This document shows positions 9,172 to 18,397 of a stretch of 64,000 nucleotides of DNA, one piece after another. Source of the stretch: a virus; the IMG/VR virus record IMGVR_UViG_3300050821_007016, positions 1 to 64,000 of that record. One strand, 5' to 3'. The position numbers were made by a program, and so were the translations under genes. Under the pieces are notes generated by a model. That model searched no databases, was not told where the DNA came from, and saw nothing but the letters and a program-made list of their open reading frames with translations. The stretch's first letter is position 1; each line of letters opens with the position of its first letter.

Positions 9172-9587
9172 CTTTCGCGTAAAAAAAAAGCGGTGTGCAG
9201 CCGGAATATGCGCTCCCTGATCTGCCAGAGGGTCGTGATCTCTTCGATGTCGTCGCCCTCCATCTCGTTCATGACCGGCGGGCGCGTGATGTTCGGGCTC
9301 TTCGGGTCGGGGACGACCTCGATGCACGACAGCATCTCGTCTAGCAGCGGCTGCGCTTCCTCGTACTTCAGCGCCTTCAGGGACTGGAACCCGGCATGCG
9401 CGATGGCCGCCATCCCCGCTCCGGCGGCGTCGTCCGGTATCTCCGCCCCCGCGTGCGCCAACGCCAGCAGCGCGCGCAGCGCCCACCGCTCGGCCTTGAG
9501 CGCGGGCATCTCGTGCAGGATGTAGTGCTGGCCCTTCTCCTTGTCCCGGCCGTCGGTCGGGACGAACACTTCCTTCTTGCGCGCCAT
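9168..9587 (-). CDS. Tail assembly chaperone (gpG-like)
   Basis: GRDKEKG.Y.LHEMPA..AERWA.RALLAL...LLDEMLSC...DIEEITTL...LH; lies between tube and tape measure. Confidence 0.8.
   Translation of the reverse strand: MARKKEVFVPTDGRDKEKGQHYILHEMPALKAERWALRALLALAHAGAEIPDDAAGAGMAAIAHAGFQSLKALKYEEAQPLLDEMLSCIEVVPDPKSPNITRPPVMNEMEGDDIEEITTLWQIRERIFRLHTAFFLRER
9181..9189 (-). other. Slippery sequence (TTTTTTTTT) for programmed -1 frameshift
   Basis: A9 on the plus strand at the 3' end of the chaperone gene; the -1 frame is open into 8929. Confidence 0.75.
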
Positions 9588-9606
9588 GCGCTGTCTCCGG
9601 TTTTTA

Positions 9607-10050
9607 CTAGCCGACCGTCCCGGTCGGCGCCGGCGTGACGCTCTGGAAGATCATGCCGAAGGTCCGCGAGCGCAGCGTGCGCGCGGCGTCCGGCATCGTT
9701 CGGTAGGTGGTGAGCACGCCGTTGTTGAGGTTGTACTTGTTGCCGACGCCGGGCAGCCACACCGACCCGTTGCAGCGGAACACGTCCACCGCCTTGAAGT
9801 TCGCCTGGTACCACTGGTCGAAGAAGGCGTTCGACGGCGAGTCCGCCATCAGCGACACCGACCAGTGCACCGGGGCGAACACGAAGCCCGCCGCCAGGAA
9901 GCCGTCGACCCCCATCGCGGTCTCCGCCGCCGCGATCGGGTCGTTGGTGAAGATGTCGTCGGCCGCGAACTGCTGCAGCGCCTGCGGGGCGTTGAAGACG
10001 CCGGTGACCGCCAGCATGACGACCGAGTTAGCGGAGGTGATCGATGCCAT
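9607..10050 (-). CDS. Tail tube protein
   Basis: SITSANSV...LQQFAADD...MGVDG.L.AGFV...L.ADSPS; directly after the sheath. Confidence 0.85.
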   Translation of the reverse strand: MASITSANSVVMLAVTGVFNAPQALQQFAADDIFTNDPIAAAETAMGVDGFLAAGFVFAPVHWSVSLMADSPSNAFFDQWYQANFKAVDVFRCNGSVWLPGVGNKYNLNNGVLTTYRTMPDAARTLRSRTFGMIFQSVTPAPTGTVG

Positions 10051-10062
10051 TTATCGCTCCCG

Positions 10063-12060
10063 TTACTGGACCTCGATGGAGGCCAGCGTGATCGCCTGCA
10101 CAGACTGTCCATCGGTGTACCAAAGCGTGCATGGCGGCGAGGCTCGCGCGGCGCGGACCTGGGCCGACGCGTCGCTGATCTGCAGGTACCACCCGCGCTG
10201 CTGGATCGTGGTCGCCACGTCGACGCCGGCGGCCGTGTTGACCTCCTGAATCTGCGCCTGCGAGAGCGTGATGCCGGCGCGGATCGCGCCGAAGTTGATC
10301 GCCGCGTTGATCGGATCGAGGCACGCCGACTCGATCAGCGCGTAGCCCGTGGTGTTGTAAGGGATCGAGAACACGTTCCCGAGCAGCTCCATCAGCGCCA
10401 GCTGCAGCGCGTTGTTGAGCCAAATCTGGTTGACGTAGCTGTCCGCCCACAGGAACGGGCCGGACACCGTGCCGCGGTTCTCCCAGACGAACTGCTGGTT
10501 CGCCGTCGCGTAGGCGCCGTAGAAGTTGTATCCGTTGCCGAAGTTTCCGATCGACTGCGGCACGCCGCCGAGGTTGTGCGCGATCGTCTGGTTGGTCACG
10601 TCGGCGAACAGCCCGGTCTGCGACTTGAAGGCCAGCGTGATTCGGCCGTTGAGCTGGGTGAAGTCGATCGAAGCCACCATGCCGCAGACAAACGCCGCCT
10701 TGGTCGGTCCCTGGATCGTGTCCGGCGCCCATTGCGGATACGTGCCGGAGAAGTTGCCGTTCTGCAGCAGGTCGCCCATCGAGGATGACGCCGGCAGGTT
10801 CAGGGTCGGCGTCACGTCGTTGTCCCACGCCACGTACATGTACTCGTCATTGGTCGAGTTGACCCACGTCGCGAACTGCATCTTCTGCGCGTTGGCGCCG
10901 CTGTTGCTGTTGTCGGGGTCGAACAGCGTCATCAGCGTCGCCCAGTCCTGGGTGACGGCGACCAGCGAGGTCATGAACGCGACCGGCGTGGCGGCCGCGG
11001 CGCCGGGAGAGAGCACCGCGCCGTCCTGCTGGCGCAGGTTGAGCGGGTCGGCGGTGGTGCCGCTGGCGAAGCCCATCGTCGAGGTCAGCGGCGCCGCCGC
11101 GATCACTGTCGAGGTGATGATGAAGGCGCCGGAGATCGAGTCGAAGGTCACGGTCACGGGCGAGCCCGCCGCCGTGCAGGCACCGGAGCCGGACGTCGTG
11201 TTCGTACTGACGAAGTAGGTGCCGGTGAGGCCGGCGCCAGTTCCGAGCTGGGTGATCTGCGTGCCGGCCGCGATGGTGCCGCCCGCGATGGTCTGGTTGA
11301 CCGACAGCGTGCCGGACCCCACCGCCGTGACGGTGAGGGTGCCGTAGGTCCCGGAGATCGCCAGCGAGGCGACGTTCTGCGAGTTGTTGATCGAGTAGAC
11401 GCCGATGCCGCCCGGCGTGCCGCTGATCTGGCCGGTGATGATGGTGCTGGCCGCGATCGCGCCGCCGGTGATGGTGGTGCCAGCGACGATCGTGCCGGAA
11501 GTGATGGCGGTGACGGTGAGCTGGTTGCCCTGGATCGATCCGGTGAAGGAGTTGGTGCTAGCGGCGAGCGAGGCGGTGAACGTGGCGACGTTCGGGTTGG
11601 CCGCTCCGGCGTTGAGCGCGGTCTGGATCAGGGTCGCGGCGGCCGAGAAGCTCGACGCAGCCGACAGGTTGAGCGCGGAGGCGCTGCGGACGTAGCCATC
11701 GACCGTGATCGTGAGCGTGCCGTTGATCGCCTGCAGCTGCGGGATCGTCAGCCCGGTGACCGCGGCGCCGCGCAGATAAGCGTCGACCGCGGCGGGATTG
11801 TACTGCGCGATCAGCAGCGAGCCTGGCTTCTTGTGGCTGTTGTCGAAGCCGAGGAAGTAGATTTCGGCCATCTGGAACTCGAACGAGGCCGGGCCGAAGT
11901 AGGTCGAGATGTTGGCCGGGCTGGCGAAGGCGAGCACCTGGCCCGCAGGGGCGCGGGTGTTGGTGGTCAGCATCAGCCCGATCATGTCGAGGGCCGAGCC
12001 GCCAGCGGGGAGGACTCCGGGGTTTACCTGGACGATGTCACTGGCGGGAATCGTTGCCAC
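10063..12060 (-). CDS. Tail sheath protein (DUF3383) with inserted beta-modules
   Basis: IPASDIVQVNPGVL, YFLGFDNS, ASIDF...GRITLAFKSQTGL, NFYGAYATAN, WADSYVNQIWLN, IPYN..GY, LWYTDG.SVQ.I; GGAGG RBS. Confidence 0.92.
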   Translation of the reverse strand: MATIPASDIVQVNPGVLPAGGSALDMIGLMLTTNTRAPAGQVLAFASPANISTYFGPASFEFQMAEIYFLGFDNSHKKPGSLLIAQYNPAAVDAYLRGAAVTGLTIPQLQAINGTLTITVDGYVRSASALNLSAASSFSAAATLIQTALNAGAANPNVATFTASLAASTNSFTGSIQGNQLTVTAITSGTIVAGTTITGGAIAASTIITGQISGTPGGIGVYSINNSQNVASLAISGTYGTLTVTAVGSGTLSVNQTIAGGTIAAGTQITQLGTGAGLTGTYFVSTNTTSGSGACTAAGSPVTVTFDSISGAFIITSTVIAAAPLTSTMGFASGTTADPLNLRQQDGAVLSPGAAAATPVAFMTSLVAVTQDWATLMTLFDPDNSNSGANAQKMQFATWVNSTNDEYMYVAWDNDVTPTLNLPASSSMGDLLQNGNFSGTYPQWAPDTIQGPTKAAFVCGMVASIDFTQLNGRITLAFKSQTGLFADVTNQTIAHNLGGVPQSIGNFGNGYNFYGAYATANQQFVWENRGTVSGPFLWADSYVNQIWLNNALQLALMELLGNVFSIPYNTTGYALIESACLDPINAAINFGAIRAGITLSQAQIQEVNTAAGVDVATTIQQRGWYLQISDASAQVRAARASPPCTLWYTDGQSVQAITLASIEVQ

Positions 12061-12089
12061 GTCAAACCCTCCTGTCGCGATTCACGGTT

Positions 12090-12118
12090 CGCTTATACAC
12101 GAATCGCCCCGCTGTCAC
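12090..12118 (-). promoter_or_regulatory. Candidate internal late promoter (GTGACA-N17-TAAGCG) for the sheath
   Basis: Sigma70-like spacing in the only intergenic gap upstream of the sheath. Confidence 0.4.
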
Positions 12119-12125
12119 ACCTCGA

Positions 12126-12887
12126 CTACGGATCGTAGAAGATGTCGACCGGGATCAGGCCGACGTGGACCTTGTCGGCGTAGTCTTGCGGGACCAGGAC
12201 AGTCTGGTTGATCTGGATGTGCGCGTCGAGCACCCAGCGCCACTCGATCTGCTGCTGGTCGTTGGTGAACGGGCGCTGGGCCGGCTCATCCGCATAGAGC
12301 GGCCGCACGTTGTTCTGCGGCGATGGCAGGTCGGCGAAGAACCGCACGCCGTTGTCGGATCGCAGCACGATGCCGACCGTCTGCGCCCACGCGTAGGCCG
12401 TGTAGTCGTCGCTGTGGAAGTCGAGCTGCATCCGCATCCGGTACGCCGCGTGCATGATCCACGTGCCCACCGAGAACGCCTCCGGCCCCGGTATGGTCAT
12501 GGAGTTGTTCAATGTGTAGGTGCCGGCCCCTCCGGGAGGGCCCGAGGTCTGGGCCGCTATGTAGGTCCCCGGCGTTACGCCGGTGCCGTCGAGCGGGTTG
12601 CCGAGCGCGATCGAGCCGATGGTGACGGCGGTGACGGTGAAGGCCTGCCCCGAGATCGAGCCGACCGCGCGCACGTCGCCGTACTGCTCGAAGTTGGTTG
12701 AAAGTCTTTCCAGAGTTACCGGCGTCATCACGACGAAGCTGCCGGTCTGCGGCTCGGCCGCGCGGTTCGCCTGCGCCGCGATCACGTCGGCGCTAGGAAG
12801 CAAGCTCTGGATGAACGCCTGCATGGCGGCCTGAGCGTCAACCTGGACCGGGGTGATGACCGATCCGATGATCGGCGTGACGGCCAT
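12126..12887 (-). CDS. Neck / tail terminator protein with inserted beta-module
   Basis: Start re-called to ATG 12887 (TGATG overlap). AQANRAAEP...FVVMTP...RLSTN, QLDF, PLYADEP.Q.PF.N.QQQ.E.RW. Confidence 0.8.
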   Translation of the reverse strand: MAVTPIIGSVITPVQVDAQAAMQAFIQSLLPSADVIAAQANRAAEPQTGSFVVMTPVTLERLSTNFEQYGDVRAVGSISGQAFTVTAVTIGSIALGNPLDGTGVTPGTYIAAQTSGPPGGAGTYTLNNSMTIPGPEAFSVGTWIMHAAYRMRMQLDFHSDDYTAYAWAQTVGIVLRSDNGVRFFADLPSPQNNVRPLYADEPAQRPFTNDQQQIEWRWVLDAHIQINQTVLVPQDYADKVHVGLIPVDIFYDP

Positions 12888-13468
12888 CAGGGCGACGAGG
12901 ACTTGTAGAACGCGGCGTCGAGCGCGGCGCCGGCGGTGGCGCTGATCACCCGGATGTTGGCGACCGGGCCGCTGTACATCAGAGGCGCCGCGGTGGTCGT
13001 CATTAGCATCCCGACCGTGGTGGTCGGAGCGCCGCCATCGTCGCGCCAGCGCACGTTCTGCGTCTCGGCCTGGAAGAGCACCGCCGTGGCCCCGTTCGGC
13101 GGCCCGACGGTCGTCAGCGAGGCGCCCGATGACGTGCAGGTCTGCGAGGCGATATAGGTTCCCGCGCCGCCGGTGCCGGTGCCCAGCGAGGCGACGAATG
13201 TGCCCGCGGTGATCCCGGTGCCGGAGAGAGGCCATCCGGGATTGATGTCGCCGGTCACGGCCGAGGCGGTGATGACGTTGCCGGCGCACGTGGCGGTGAA
13301 GCTGGCGCCGACGCAGGCGGAGAAGTTCACCTGCGAGTTGAGGCCCGCCGTCGCGATCTGGCAGACGCCGAGCGCCTGCAGCGGCAGCCCGGTCTGGAAC
13401 TGCGCCCGCGCTGGAAGCGGCAGCCAGAGCATGAAAGCGACGAACGCCGCGACGATAAATTTCCTCAT
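12887..13468 (-). CDS. Signal-peptide-bearing virion-type protein (beta-module plus small jelly-roll-like domain)
   Basis: Start ATG 13468 with GAGGA RBS; MRKFIVAAFVAFMLWLPLPARA|QFQ; C-terminal AETQNVRWRDDGGAPT..VGM motif. Confidence 0.7.
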   Translation of the reverse strand: MRKFIVAAFVAFMLWLPLPARAQFQTGLPLQALGVCQIATAGLNSQVNFSACVGASFTATCAGNVITASAVTGDINPGWPLSGTGITAGTFVASLGTGTGGAGTYIASQTCTSSGASLTTVGPPNGATAVLFQAETQNVRWRDDGGAPTTTVGMLMTTTAAPLMYSGPVANIRVISATAGAALDAAFYKSSSP

Positions 13469-13476
13469 TTCAATCC

Positions 13477-13860
13477 TCACGATCCGTTCTGCAGCGTGAT
13501 CAACGCCTTGGTCCACCCGGCTGTGATGCTGAAGCCCTCAAGTATCTTGGTCACCAACCACACGGTGCCATCGGGCAGTGTTACCAGGTCGCCGCCGTTG
13601 TTCGAGACTCGAATCAGCCCGTCGATCTCGCCGTTAAGGTAGATCACTCGGTTTGTGCCCTGCAAGTTGACGCCGTCGACTTGACGAAGATCGGGCCACT
13701 CCATCGGCTGGACCTGCGCCTGCACGGTGACGGCCGGCGCGTAGGTAGGCGTGCGAACTCCGCCCGGGCCTGTGTCGTAGCCGGTCGAGACCTGGACCGA
13801 GACCAGCATGTTTGGGTTAACCGCGCCGATCGGCCCCCTGACGATGTTGTGCAGGTTCAT
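13477..13860 (-). CDS. Head closure / head-tail joining protein
   Basis: MNLHNIVRGPIGAVNP...STGY...AQVQP...IYLNG...R...GGDL...WLV...E...W. Confidence 0.8.
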   Translation of the reverse strand: MNLHNIVRGPIGAVNPNMLVSVQVSTGYDTGPGGVRTPTYAPAVTVQAQVQPMEWPDLRQVDGVNLQGTNRVIYLNGEIDGLIRVSNNGGDLVTLPDGTVWLVTKILEGFSITAGWTKALITLQNGS

Positions 13861-14072
13861 TTCGCCCCCATCGCCGCGACGCGGGCGTGCCCTGAGAGGT
13901 GAGCGCCGAGGCCCTTGTTGGCCGACTGCGGCGCGATCTCATCGCTCCAGCTTTTCGTTGGGTCCGCATAGTCTATCGTCGCCCAGCGCGCGCCGCAGGA
14001 ATGGCAGAAGAGGTAAAAATCCCCCGAGCCGAAGTTCAGGATCAGGTGCGCGCATTCCTCGCGAGGCTTCAT
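13857..14072 (-). CDS. Small zinc-ribbon hypothetical protein
   Basis: C.H...CHSC; coupled by TGATG/ATGA overlaps on both sides. Confidence 0.5.
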   Translation of the reverse strand: MKPREECAHLILNFGSGDFYLFCHSCGARWATIDYADPTKSWSDEIAPQSANKGLGAHLSGHARVAAMGAK

Positions 14073-14401
14073 CAGAACGTCACCAGGTTGGCCGGGTTGG
14101 CGCTGAGGCGGAACATGCCGTCCTCGGCGGTGACCGGGATCGGGTCCGATGCGCCGGTGTGGATCGACCAGTAGATGTCCTGCGGCGCGTGGTTGCGCGT
14201 GTCCCACAGCGCCGTCCACAACGTTCCGATGCCGCCGGGCGGGGTCATCGGCACCGCGATCGGCGCGCTCTCCTGCGCCGGCTGGATGTTGACCGTCGCG
14301 TTGTCCGGGACCACCACGTTGTTGTTTACGTCATAGAAGGTCGTCGCGAACTGCACGGTCGCGCCGCGGATGATTATCTGGGTGTTGCCTTGCAGCGCCA
14401 T
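14072..14401 (-). CDS. Small Ig-like virion protein (possible appendage base)
   Basis: IIRGATVQFATTFYD...ATVNI...WTALWDT...IYW; alternating beta pattern; follows the repeat protein. Confidence 0.6.
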   Translation of the reverse strand: MALQGNTQIIIRGATVQFATTFYDVNNNVVVPDNATVNIQPAQESAPIAVPMTPPGGIGTLWTALWDTRNHAPQDIYWSIHTGASDPIPVTAEDGMFRLSANPANLVTF

Positions 14402-14405
14402 CGAT

Positions 14406-17400
14406 TCACCTTCCCGACGGCTCCCCACTTACCACGGTTTTTGCCGAGGCGGCAGTCACCGCCGTCGAGGCCGACGCCTGGGTGACCGTCGTGATGCCGG
14501 ACGCCTGGGTGACGATGGTCGTGGCGTAGAACACCGAGACGGTTCGAGGCAGCGACCAGCCCTGCTCGAACGGCATCGCGCCGGCCGGGTTGCGGCCTCG
14601 CCGCGCGTACATGTCCGGCGCCCCGAAGACGGTAGGCGTCAGGGGCGGCGGCGGGATGAAGGCGCCGTCGACCGTCCAGACCGCCTGGATGGCCCCGTAG
14701 ACGCGCTGGCGCGGCCTCTGGGGCGCGTCCGTCAGCTCCCAGCCTCGGTACACCCAGGTCGGAATCGACGCGTCGGTGGCCTCCGTACCGCGCGCCAGGG
14801 CGCCGGCCCGGTTGAATGGCTTCCGGTAGTGGATCGGAACCGGCTCGAAGCCCCAGATCGGCAGGGGCTGGGTGGCCTCGATGCCGTCCGCGCCGCGCGC
14901 CAGGGCGCCCGATCGCTCGGGTCGAGGATGAGGCGGCTGGACCGGCTGAACCTCAAAGCTGAACGGGAGGAACTGGAGGAACGGCTGAACCGGGTCGTTC
15001 CAGTCCCGGAACGGGTCGATCGCGCGCCGGTAGCGCTGTAGCGGTGGCTGAAAATCGAACGAGAACGGCGGCGTCGCGATTCGCTGGAACGTGAACTCGA
15101 TCCCCTGATCGCCGGCCGCGATCGCGCCGGCCTTTTCCGGGCGAGGGTGGGGAGGCTGGATGCTCTGCTGCTCGAATCCGGCCGGGTAGAAGTTCACTAG
15201 CGGGAAGTCCGACGCGTCGACGCCGCGCGGCGCGATGGCGCCAGAACGCGCCGGCCTCGGATAAGGCGGCTGCATCGACTGGACCTCGAACCCCCATCCT
15301 ACCGGTGGCCCTGGCACCACGTAGACGCCCTCGGTGCCCTGGTCGCCCGCCATGATGGCGGCGGAGCGCTCCGGGCGAGGGTGGTTCGGCTGGTGCGGCA
15401 CGCTCGGCCACCCATAAGGGAGGAAGTTGATCAGCGGGTACTCGCTGCCGTCGTCGCCGCGGGCGATCGCCGCCGAGTGCTGCTCCGGCCGCGGATGCGG
15501 AGGCTGGACCGGCTGCGCGTCGAACCCGAACGGGAAGAAATTGATCGGTGGTTGCTCGTTGCCGTCGTCCCATCGCGCCAGGGCGCCGGCCTTGATGAAC
15601 CGGTGCGACAGCTGGACCTGCGGCTGATCGAAGCCCCACCCGCTGGTGGTCGGCGACGGCGGGATGAATGCAGCCTCGATCCCGGTGTCGCCGGGATCGA
15701 ACGTCTTGCGGCGAACGCGAAACCAGGTCTGCGCCACGTCGTCGGTCCAGGGCTGGGTGCTTAAGATCGCGAAGGTGCTCTCGCCGTAGGCGCCCTGACC
15801 CCTGGTCGAAACCCGCCGGGCCATCGATGGCAGGATCGTCGGCTGAAATGCCCACGCCGAGAGCGGAGGGGCGGGGAAGACCGGGTAGTCCTCCGCCTTG
15901 TCCTTGATGGCGGGGTAGCGCCCGGCGATCGTTCTCTTCAGCATCGGAAGGGTAGGGTCGAAGCCCCAGCCACTGGTCACCGGGACCGGCGCCATGAGCG
16001 GCGCCTGCGTGCCGGAGTCGCCGGGGTCGAACGGCTTCAGGCGGCGGCGGAAGAAGGTCTGCTGGGCGTCGTCGGCCCACGGCGAGGTGCTAAAGGCCAC
16101 GAACTGGCTGTCGCCGAACGCCGCCTGCGAGCGCGCCGAGATTCGCCCGGCCATCGAGGGCTGCACGGACTGGGTCTCGAAGCCCCAGCCGGTGGTGAGC
16201 GGCGCCGGAGGAGGAATGAACACCGCCTCGTTGCCCTGGTCGCCGGCGGCGAGCGCGCCGCTCCGCTCCGGGCGCGGGTGCGGTGGTTGCGGAGGCTGAA
16301 CGTCGATGAAGATCGGCAGCGTGAGCGCCAGGAACTCGCTGCGGCCCTTGATGCCGGGGTAGCGCTGCGCCGGGGGCACGCGTCGCAGCATCGGCAGCGA
16401 CGCCTCGAAGCCCCAGCCGACCGGTGGCCCGGGCAAGACGTAGACGGCCTCGATGCCGGGTTCCCCGGCCATGATCGCTCCCGACTTCTCGCTCCGGGGA
16501 TGCGGAGGCTGGAACGAGTACTCGAAGCCCCACGTGGTCAGGGCCGGCGGCGCGACGAGCACGCCCTCGATCCCAGAATCGCCGGCCATCACGGATCCGG
16601 ACTTCTCCGGGCGCGGGTGCGGCGGCTGGACGGACTGCACCTCGAATCCCCACGGGTAGAAGTTGATGAACGGGGCCTGGTTGCCATCGTCGCTTCGCGC
16701 GATCATCCCCGATCGCCGCGCCGCTATCGACGCTCGTGCCGGCGGCTGCGGCGGTTGCACGTCCCAGCCAGCGTTGATCCAGTTGATCAGTGGAAACTCG
16801 CTGCCGTCCTCGGAGGTCGTCATCAGCAGCATGCCGCGGCGAGCGACCTTCGGCTGGAGGTAATACTCGAAGCCCCACGTCGTGGGCGGCGGGATCGGCG
16901 GGATGAACGGGGCCTCGATGCCGGGTTCCCCGGCCATGACGGCGCCGCTCCGCTCCGGCTTGGGATGCGGAGGCTGCACCGACTGCACCTCGGTGAACGG
17001 CGCCAGGACGAAGGCCGCGAACTCGCTGCGCCCCTTCGTCGCGGCGACGCGCGCCTGCCTGACGCCGGGGTTGCGCGCGACGATCGGTAACGTGGGATCG
17101 AAGCCCCAGCCTGACGTGACCATCGCCTGCTGCGCCATCACGTTCTCGTTGCCCTGATCCCCGGCCATCAGCGCCCCCGCCTTCACGAAGGGCGACTGGC
17201 GGGTGCTGTACGGGGTCGGCGGCTGGAACGATTGAACCTCCCATCCCATCGGGAAGAAGTTGACCAGCGCGCACTCGATGCCGTCCTCGCGCGGCATGAT
17301 CCCGGCGCGCTTGGCGCGGAACGCCGGTGGCTGCACCGACTGCACCTCGAAGCCCACGTTCTGCCAGACGATCAGCGGCCACTCGATGCCGTCCTCCTTC

Positions 17401-18377
17401 GGTGCGATCGCGCCGATCGGTTTTCTCGCCGGCTTGGCAGGCGGCTGCGGAGGCTGGACCTCGAAGCCGACGTTCTGCCAGGGCGGGAAGATCGCGAACT
17501 CGGCCTTGCCCTTGATGCCCGGGTAGCGACGGGTGATGAGCGGCCTCTGCGACATCAGCGGCAGCGTCGGTTCGAAGCCCACGTTCTGCCAGTTGATCTT
17601 GACCTGCTCGATGCCGTCGTCGCCGCGCATGGTCGCCGCGCGCTGACGGGCCTTCGGCGCCCTGTTCACCAGCGGGTTGCTCATGCCCGCGCCCGAGGAC
17701 TCCCATCCCCAGATCGGCCCCTGCTGGATCAGCAAGGAGACGCCGAGCGACGTCTGGGTCGTGCCGAAAGTCCAGTTATTGGCTCCGGTGGCGCTGGCGC
17801 TCGACAGCGCGAGCGACGCCGCGCCGAATCCGAGCTGCGACGCCGTGCCCGCCACGGTCAGGATGCTCGTCATGCCCGTCGGTATCGTCACGGTGGTGGC
17901 GCCGAGCGCGCCCTCGAAGATGTAGCAGACGAGGGTGTCGTTGACGTTGCCCGCGCCCGGCGTGATGGTTGGCGACGGCGGGGTCGTGCTGGTCGCATTC
18001 AGCGACGTGGTGGGGCTGCCGTCGATCAGGGCCGCGCCCGCGCCCGCCCACTCCTCGAACGACCACTCGCCGCCGGCGGTCGAGGTCGTCGTCCAGGTGA
18101 AGGCGCCCGAGAACGATGCGTTCGGAGACGGCGCTACCTTGGTGAAGATGGCCGCCGACGCCAACCCGCCGGACGCGGTCGTCGTGGTGGCGAGCGTCGT
18201 CGTCCACCCGCCCGGCGGGGTGATCGCGGTGGGCGCCGTCGCGCCGCCCACCAGAATCGTGACGATCATCAGGTTGCCGGCGGTGACGCTGCCATTGCTG
18301 GTCACGGTGATCGTCGTGACGCCGGACCCGATCGTGGCGTTGTTCTTCGTCGCGGCTACTATCGTCGGGTTCGGCAT
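14406..18377 (-). CDS. 1323-aa protein: N-terminal Thr/Gly-rich beta domain plus ~27 Pro-rich repeats
   Basis: Long ORF with genome-like codon usage and AAGGCGGG upstream. Repeat consensus (W/F)GF(E/D)VQSVQPPHPRPERSGAIMAGDxGIEAxF. Confidence 0.85.
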   Translation of the reverse strand: MPNPTIVAATKNNATIGSGVTTITVTSNGSVTAGNLMIVTILVGGATAPTAITPPGGWTTTLATTTTASGGLASAAIFTKVAPSPNASFSGAFTWTTTSTAGGEWSFEEWAGAGAALIDGSPTTSLNATSTTPPSPTITPGAGNVNDTLVCYIFEGALGATTVTIPTGMTSILTVAGTASQLGFGAASLALSSASATGANNWTFGTTQTSLGVSLLIQQGPIWGWESSGAGMSNPLVNRAPKARQRAATMRGDDGIEQVKINWQNVGFEPTLPLMSQRPLITRRYPGIKGKAEFAIFPPWQNVGFEVQPPQPPAKPARKPIGAIAPKEDGIEWPLIVWQNVGFEVQSVQPPAFRAKRAGIMPREDGIECALVNFFPMGWEVQSFQPPTPYSTRQSPFVKAGALMAGDQGNENVMAQQAMVTSGWGFDPTLPIVARNPGVRQARVAATKGRSEFAAFVLAPFTEVQSVQPPHPKPERSGAVMAGEPGIEAPFIPPIPPPTTWGFEYYLQPKVARRGMLLMTTSEDGSEFPLINWINAGWDVQPPQPPARASIAARRSGMIARSDDGNQAPFINFYPWGFEVQSVQPPHPRPEKSGSVMAGDSGIEGVLVAPPALTTWGFEYSFQPPHPRSEKSGAIMAGEPGIEAVYVLPGPPVGWGFEASLPMLRRVPPAQRYPGIKGRSEFLALTLPIFIDVQPPQPPHPRPERSGALAAGDQGNEAVFIPPPAPLTTGWGFETQSVQPSMAGRISARSQAAFGDSQFVAFSTSPWADDAQQTFFRRRLKPFDPGDSGTQAPLMAPVPVTSGWGFDPTLPMLKRTIAGRYPAIKDKAEDYPVFPAPPLSAWAFQPTILPSMARRVSTRGQGAYGESTFAILSTQPWTDDVAQTWFRVRRKTFDPGDTGIEAAFIPPSPTTSGWGFDQPQVQLSHRFIKAGALARWDDGNEQPPINFFPFGFDAQPVQPPHPRPEQHSAAIARGDDGSEYPLINFLPYGWPSVPHQPNHPRPERSAAIMAGDQGTEGVYVVPGPPVGWGFEVQSMQPPYPRPARSGAIAPRGVDASDFPLVNFYPAGFEQQSIQPPHPRPEKAGAIAAGDQGIEFTFQRIATPPFSFDFQPPLQRYRRAIDPFRDWNDPVQPFLQFLPFSFEVQPVQPPHPRPERSGALARGADGIEATQPLPIWGFEPVPIHYRKPFNRAGALARGTEATDASIPTWVYRGWELTDAPQRPRQRVYGAIQAVWTVDGAFIPPPPLTPTVFGAPDMYARRGRNPAGAMPFEQGWSLPRTVSVFYATTIVTQASGITTVTQASASTAVTAASAKTVVSGEPSGR
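14560..17720 (-). repeat. Degenerate coding tandem repeats (~35-40 aa units)
   Basis: I count about 27-28 aromatic-Gly-aromatic-acid anchors (WGFE, VGFE, GWD, FGFD etc.). Recurrent DNA such as ctcgaagcccca and ggcggctg/ggaggctg is visible on the plus strand. Confidence 0.85.
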
Positions 18378-18397
18378 GCCCGCCTTTTAGCAGATTC

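Noticed and set aside
14560-17720. Repeat protein as a multi-core RiPP precursor or DGR target
   Set aside because: No peptidase, RiPP maturase or reverse transcriptase is in the window. The repeats diverge at all positions rather than only at adenines, and the context is structural.
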